Below, piece by piece: positions 62,890 through 64,000 of a stretch of DNA of 64,000 nt (positions are counted from its first letter, which is position 1; each line of letters starts with the position of its first letter). The notes under the pieces were generated by a model. It was not told where the DNA came from. It saw only the letters and a program-made list of their open reading frames with translations, and ran no database searches. The position numbers and the translations under genes are program-made. Source of the stretch: Alphaproteobacteria bacterium (GTDB lineage: Bacteria > Pseudomonadota > Alphaproteobacteria > Bin95); assembly GCA_964291285.2 (NCBI GenBank), contig OZ219787.1, forward strand, positions 1,088,001-1,152,000. The letters run 5' to 3'.

Positions 62890-64000
62890 TCTTCGCTGTC
62901 CTTTTCATGGTAGCCGGCCAGCCCGTCGTATCCGCCGAGATCGTGATCGCGCACGGCGATGTCGCGCACGCGCGGGTCCCTGGGCAGGTCGATGGGGATC
63001 GGCGGCGGCCTGTCCTGCAGTTCGCGCCGCCGTGTGAGGCTGAGGCGCACGGCATTGGGATGGGGGACGCCGCGTTCGAGGGCCTCGTCGATGGCGGCTT
63101 CGAGCTCGGCGGCGCCGTATTGGTCGAGCAGGCGCAGCAGGGCGGCGACGGTGGCGCCGATATAAGCGCCGCGGGGGGCGGCCTCGGCGATCAGGCGCTC
63201 GCTGTTGGGCGCGGCCTGGAGCAGCCGGCTCTGCCCGCGCAGGCTGCGGGCGTGACGCTTGCGCCTGACCAGCTCCTCAATGTGTTCGGGGTTCTCGATG
63301 CGGGCCGCCTTGTCGAAGCTGCGCGGATGGCGGGCGATGACCTCCATGCCGTCGAGGATGCGCACCTCTTCCAGCGTCGCGGCCACGGTGAGGGTGCGCC
63401 GGACATGGGTATGCGGGACGCTGTAGTCATTGAGGTCGAACCTGGCATAGGGGGTCTTGGCGATCCTGACCTCGACCCTCTCGTCGACGGGGGGACGGTC
63501 GTCGGGCAGCGCCATCAGGGAGCCGCGCTCGCGCTCGAAGGCCTCGCTCACGGTGAGGGAGCGGTCGTCCGGCCAGGGGCGGTCGGCGGCGACGCCCTCG
63601 CACCACTCCCGGGCCTGGGCGTTGAGATCGTCGAGGTCACGCCAGGCGCGGGCGGCGAAGAAGCTGTCGCGCACATAGCGTATGGCCCGCTCGACGCGGC
63701 CCTTCTCGTTGCCTCGGGCGACCGCGACCGGCTTCGGCAGGAAGCGGTAGGCGCCTGCGAAGTCGAGAAGCCGGGGATTGAAGCGGATGGCGTCGCCGCG
63801 CCGCTCCAGCACGACGCTCTTCAGATTGTCGTACCAGAGCTCGCGGGGCACGCCCTGCCAAGCCTCGAAGGCCTCGACATGGCCGCGCAGGAAGTTGTCC
63901 ATCCCGGCGTTGAGGTAGAAGCGCAGGAAGAGGCGGCGCGAGTGGCCGAGCACCATCACGAAGGCCATCAGCGGGCGCTCCGCACGCCCGATCCTCACCT
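62886..64000 (-). CDS. istA: IS21 transposase IstA (3' part)
   Basis: FVMVLGHSR, GVPRELWYDNLKS, KGRVER..RYVR, FDLNDYSVP; ATGA overlap with istB. Confidence 0.95.
   Translation of the reverse strand, partial: VRIGRAERPLMAFVMVLGHSRRLFLRFYLNAGMDNFLRGHVEAFEAWQGVPRELWYDNLKSVVLERRGDAIRFNPRLLDFAGAYRFLPKPVAVARGNEKGRVERAIRYVRDSFFAARAWRDLDDLNAQAREWCEGVAADRPWPDDRSLTVSEAFERERGSLMALPDDRPPVDERVEVRIAKTPYARFDLNDYSVPHTHVRRTLTVAATLEEVRILDGMEVIARHPRSFDKAARIENPEHIEELVRRKRHARSLRGQSRLLQAAPNSERLIAEAAPRGAYIGATVAALLRLLDQYGAAELEAAIDEALERGVPHPNAVRLSLTRRRELQDRPPPIPIDLPRDPRVRDIAVRDHDLGGYDGLAGYHEKDSEE

Larger units (their letters stand above)
61160..64000 (-). mobile_element. IS21-family element with passenger gene (partial; other end lies beyond the window)
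   Basis: istA-istB plus a third coupled ORF; the TGTTAGCGACGG terminus at 61160 coincides with the break in the IS630 reading frame. Confidence 0.75.

Overview
This is a high-GC alphaproteobacterial (Rhodospirillales-like) chromosomal window. Bases 1-26.5 kb and 39-52.8 kb are mostly core or metabolic genes: three ABC importers, amidase, Mo-hydroxylase large subunit, QmcA/NfeD, tRNA-Thr(UGU), cimA-trmJ, dapF-mtaB-ftsY, mmsA and a single-chain acyl-CoA carboxylase. Several mobile elements could be delimited to the base. (1) An IS1380 with a 5-bp TSD splits an ftrA-like regulator. (2) A 2.6-kb IS1595 with an 8-bp TSD carries a translationally coupled DNA methyltransferase-endonuclease fusion, and its transposase is frameshifted in a C11 tract. 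(3) An IS110 bridge-recombinase element has readable target and donor guides that match its own junctions, and its bridge-RNA locus is split by an IS256 with an 8-bp TSD. (4) An IS21 apparently carries a DUF3991/Toprim primase-like passenger and truncates an IS630 remnant next to a broken RelE/HigA toxin-antitoxin pair. The right end (52.9-64 kb) is a defence/IS island with a type ISP/IIG-like restriction-modification gene and an AT-rich HEPN-motif gene. Also noted: two candidate LexA-box promoters, IolR-type operators beside an RpiR gene with a divergent SIS-only paralogue, and a REP-like palindrome family. All calls come from reading the sequence by eye; no searches were run.
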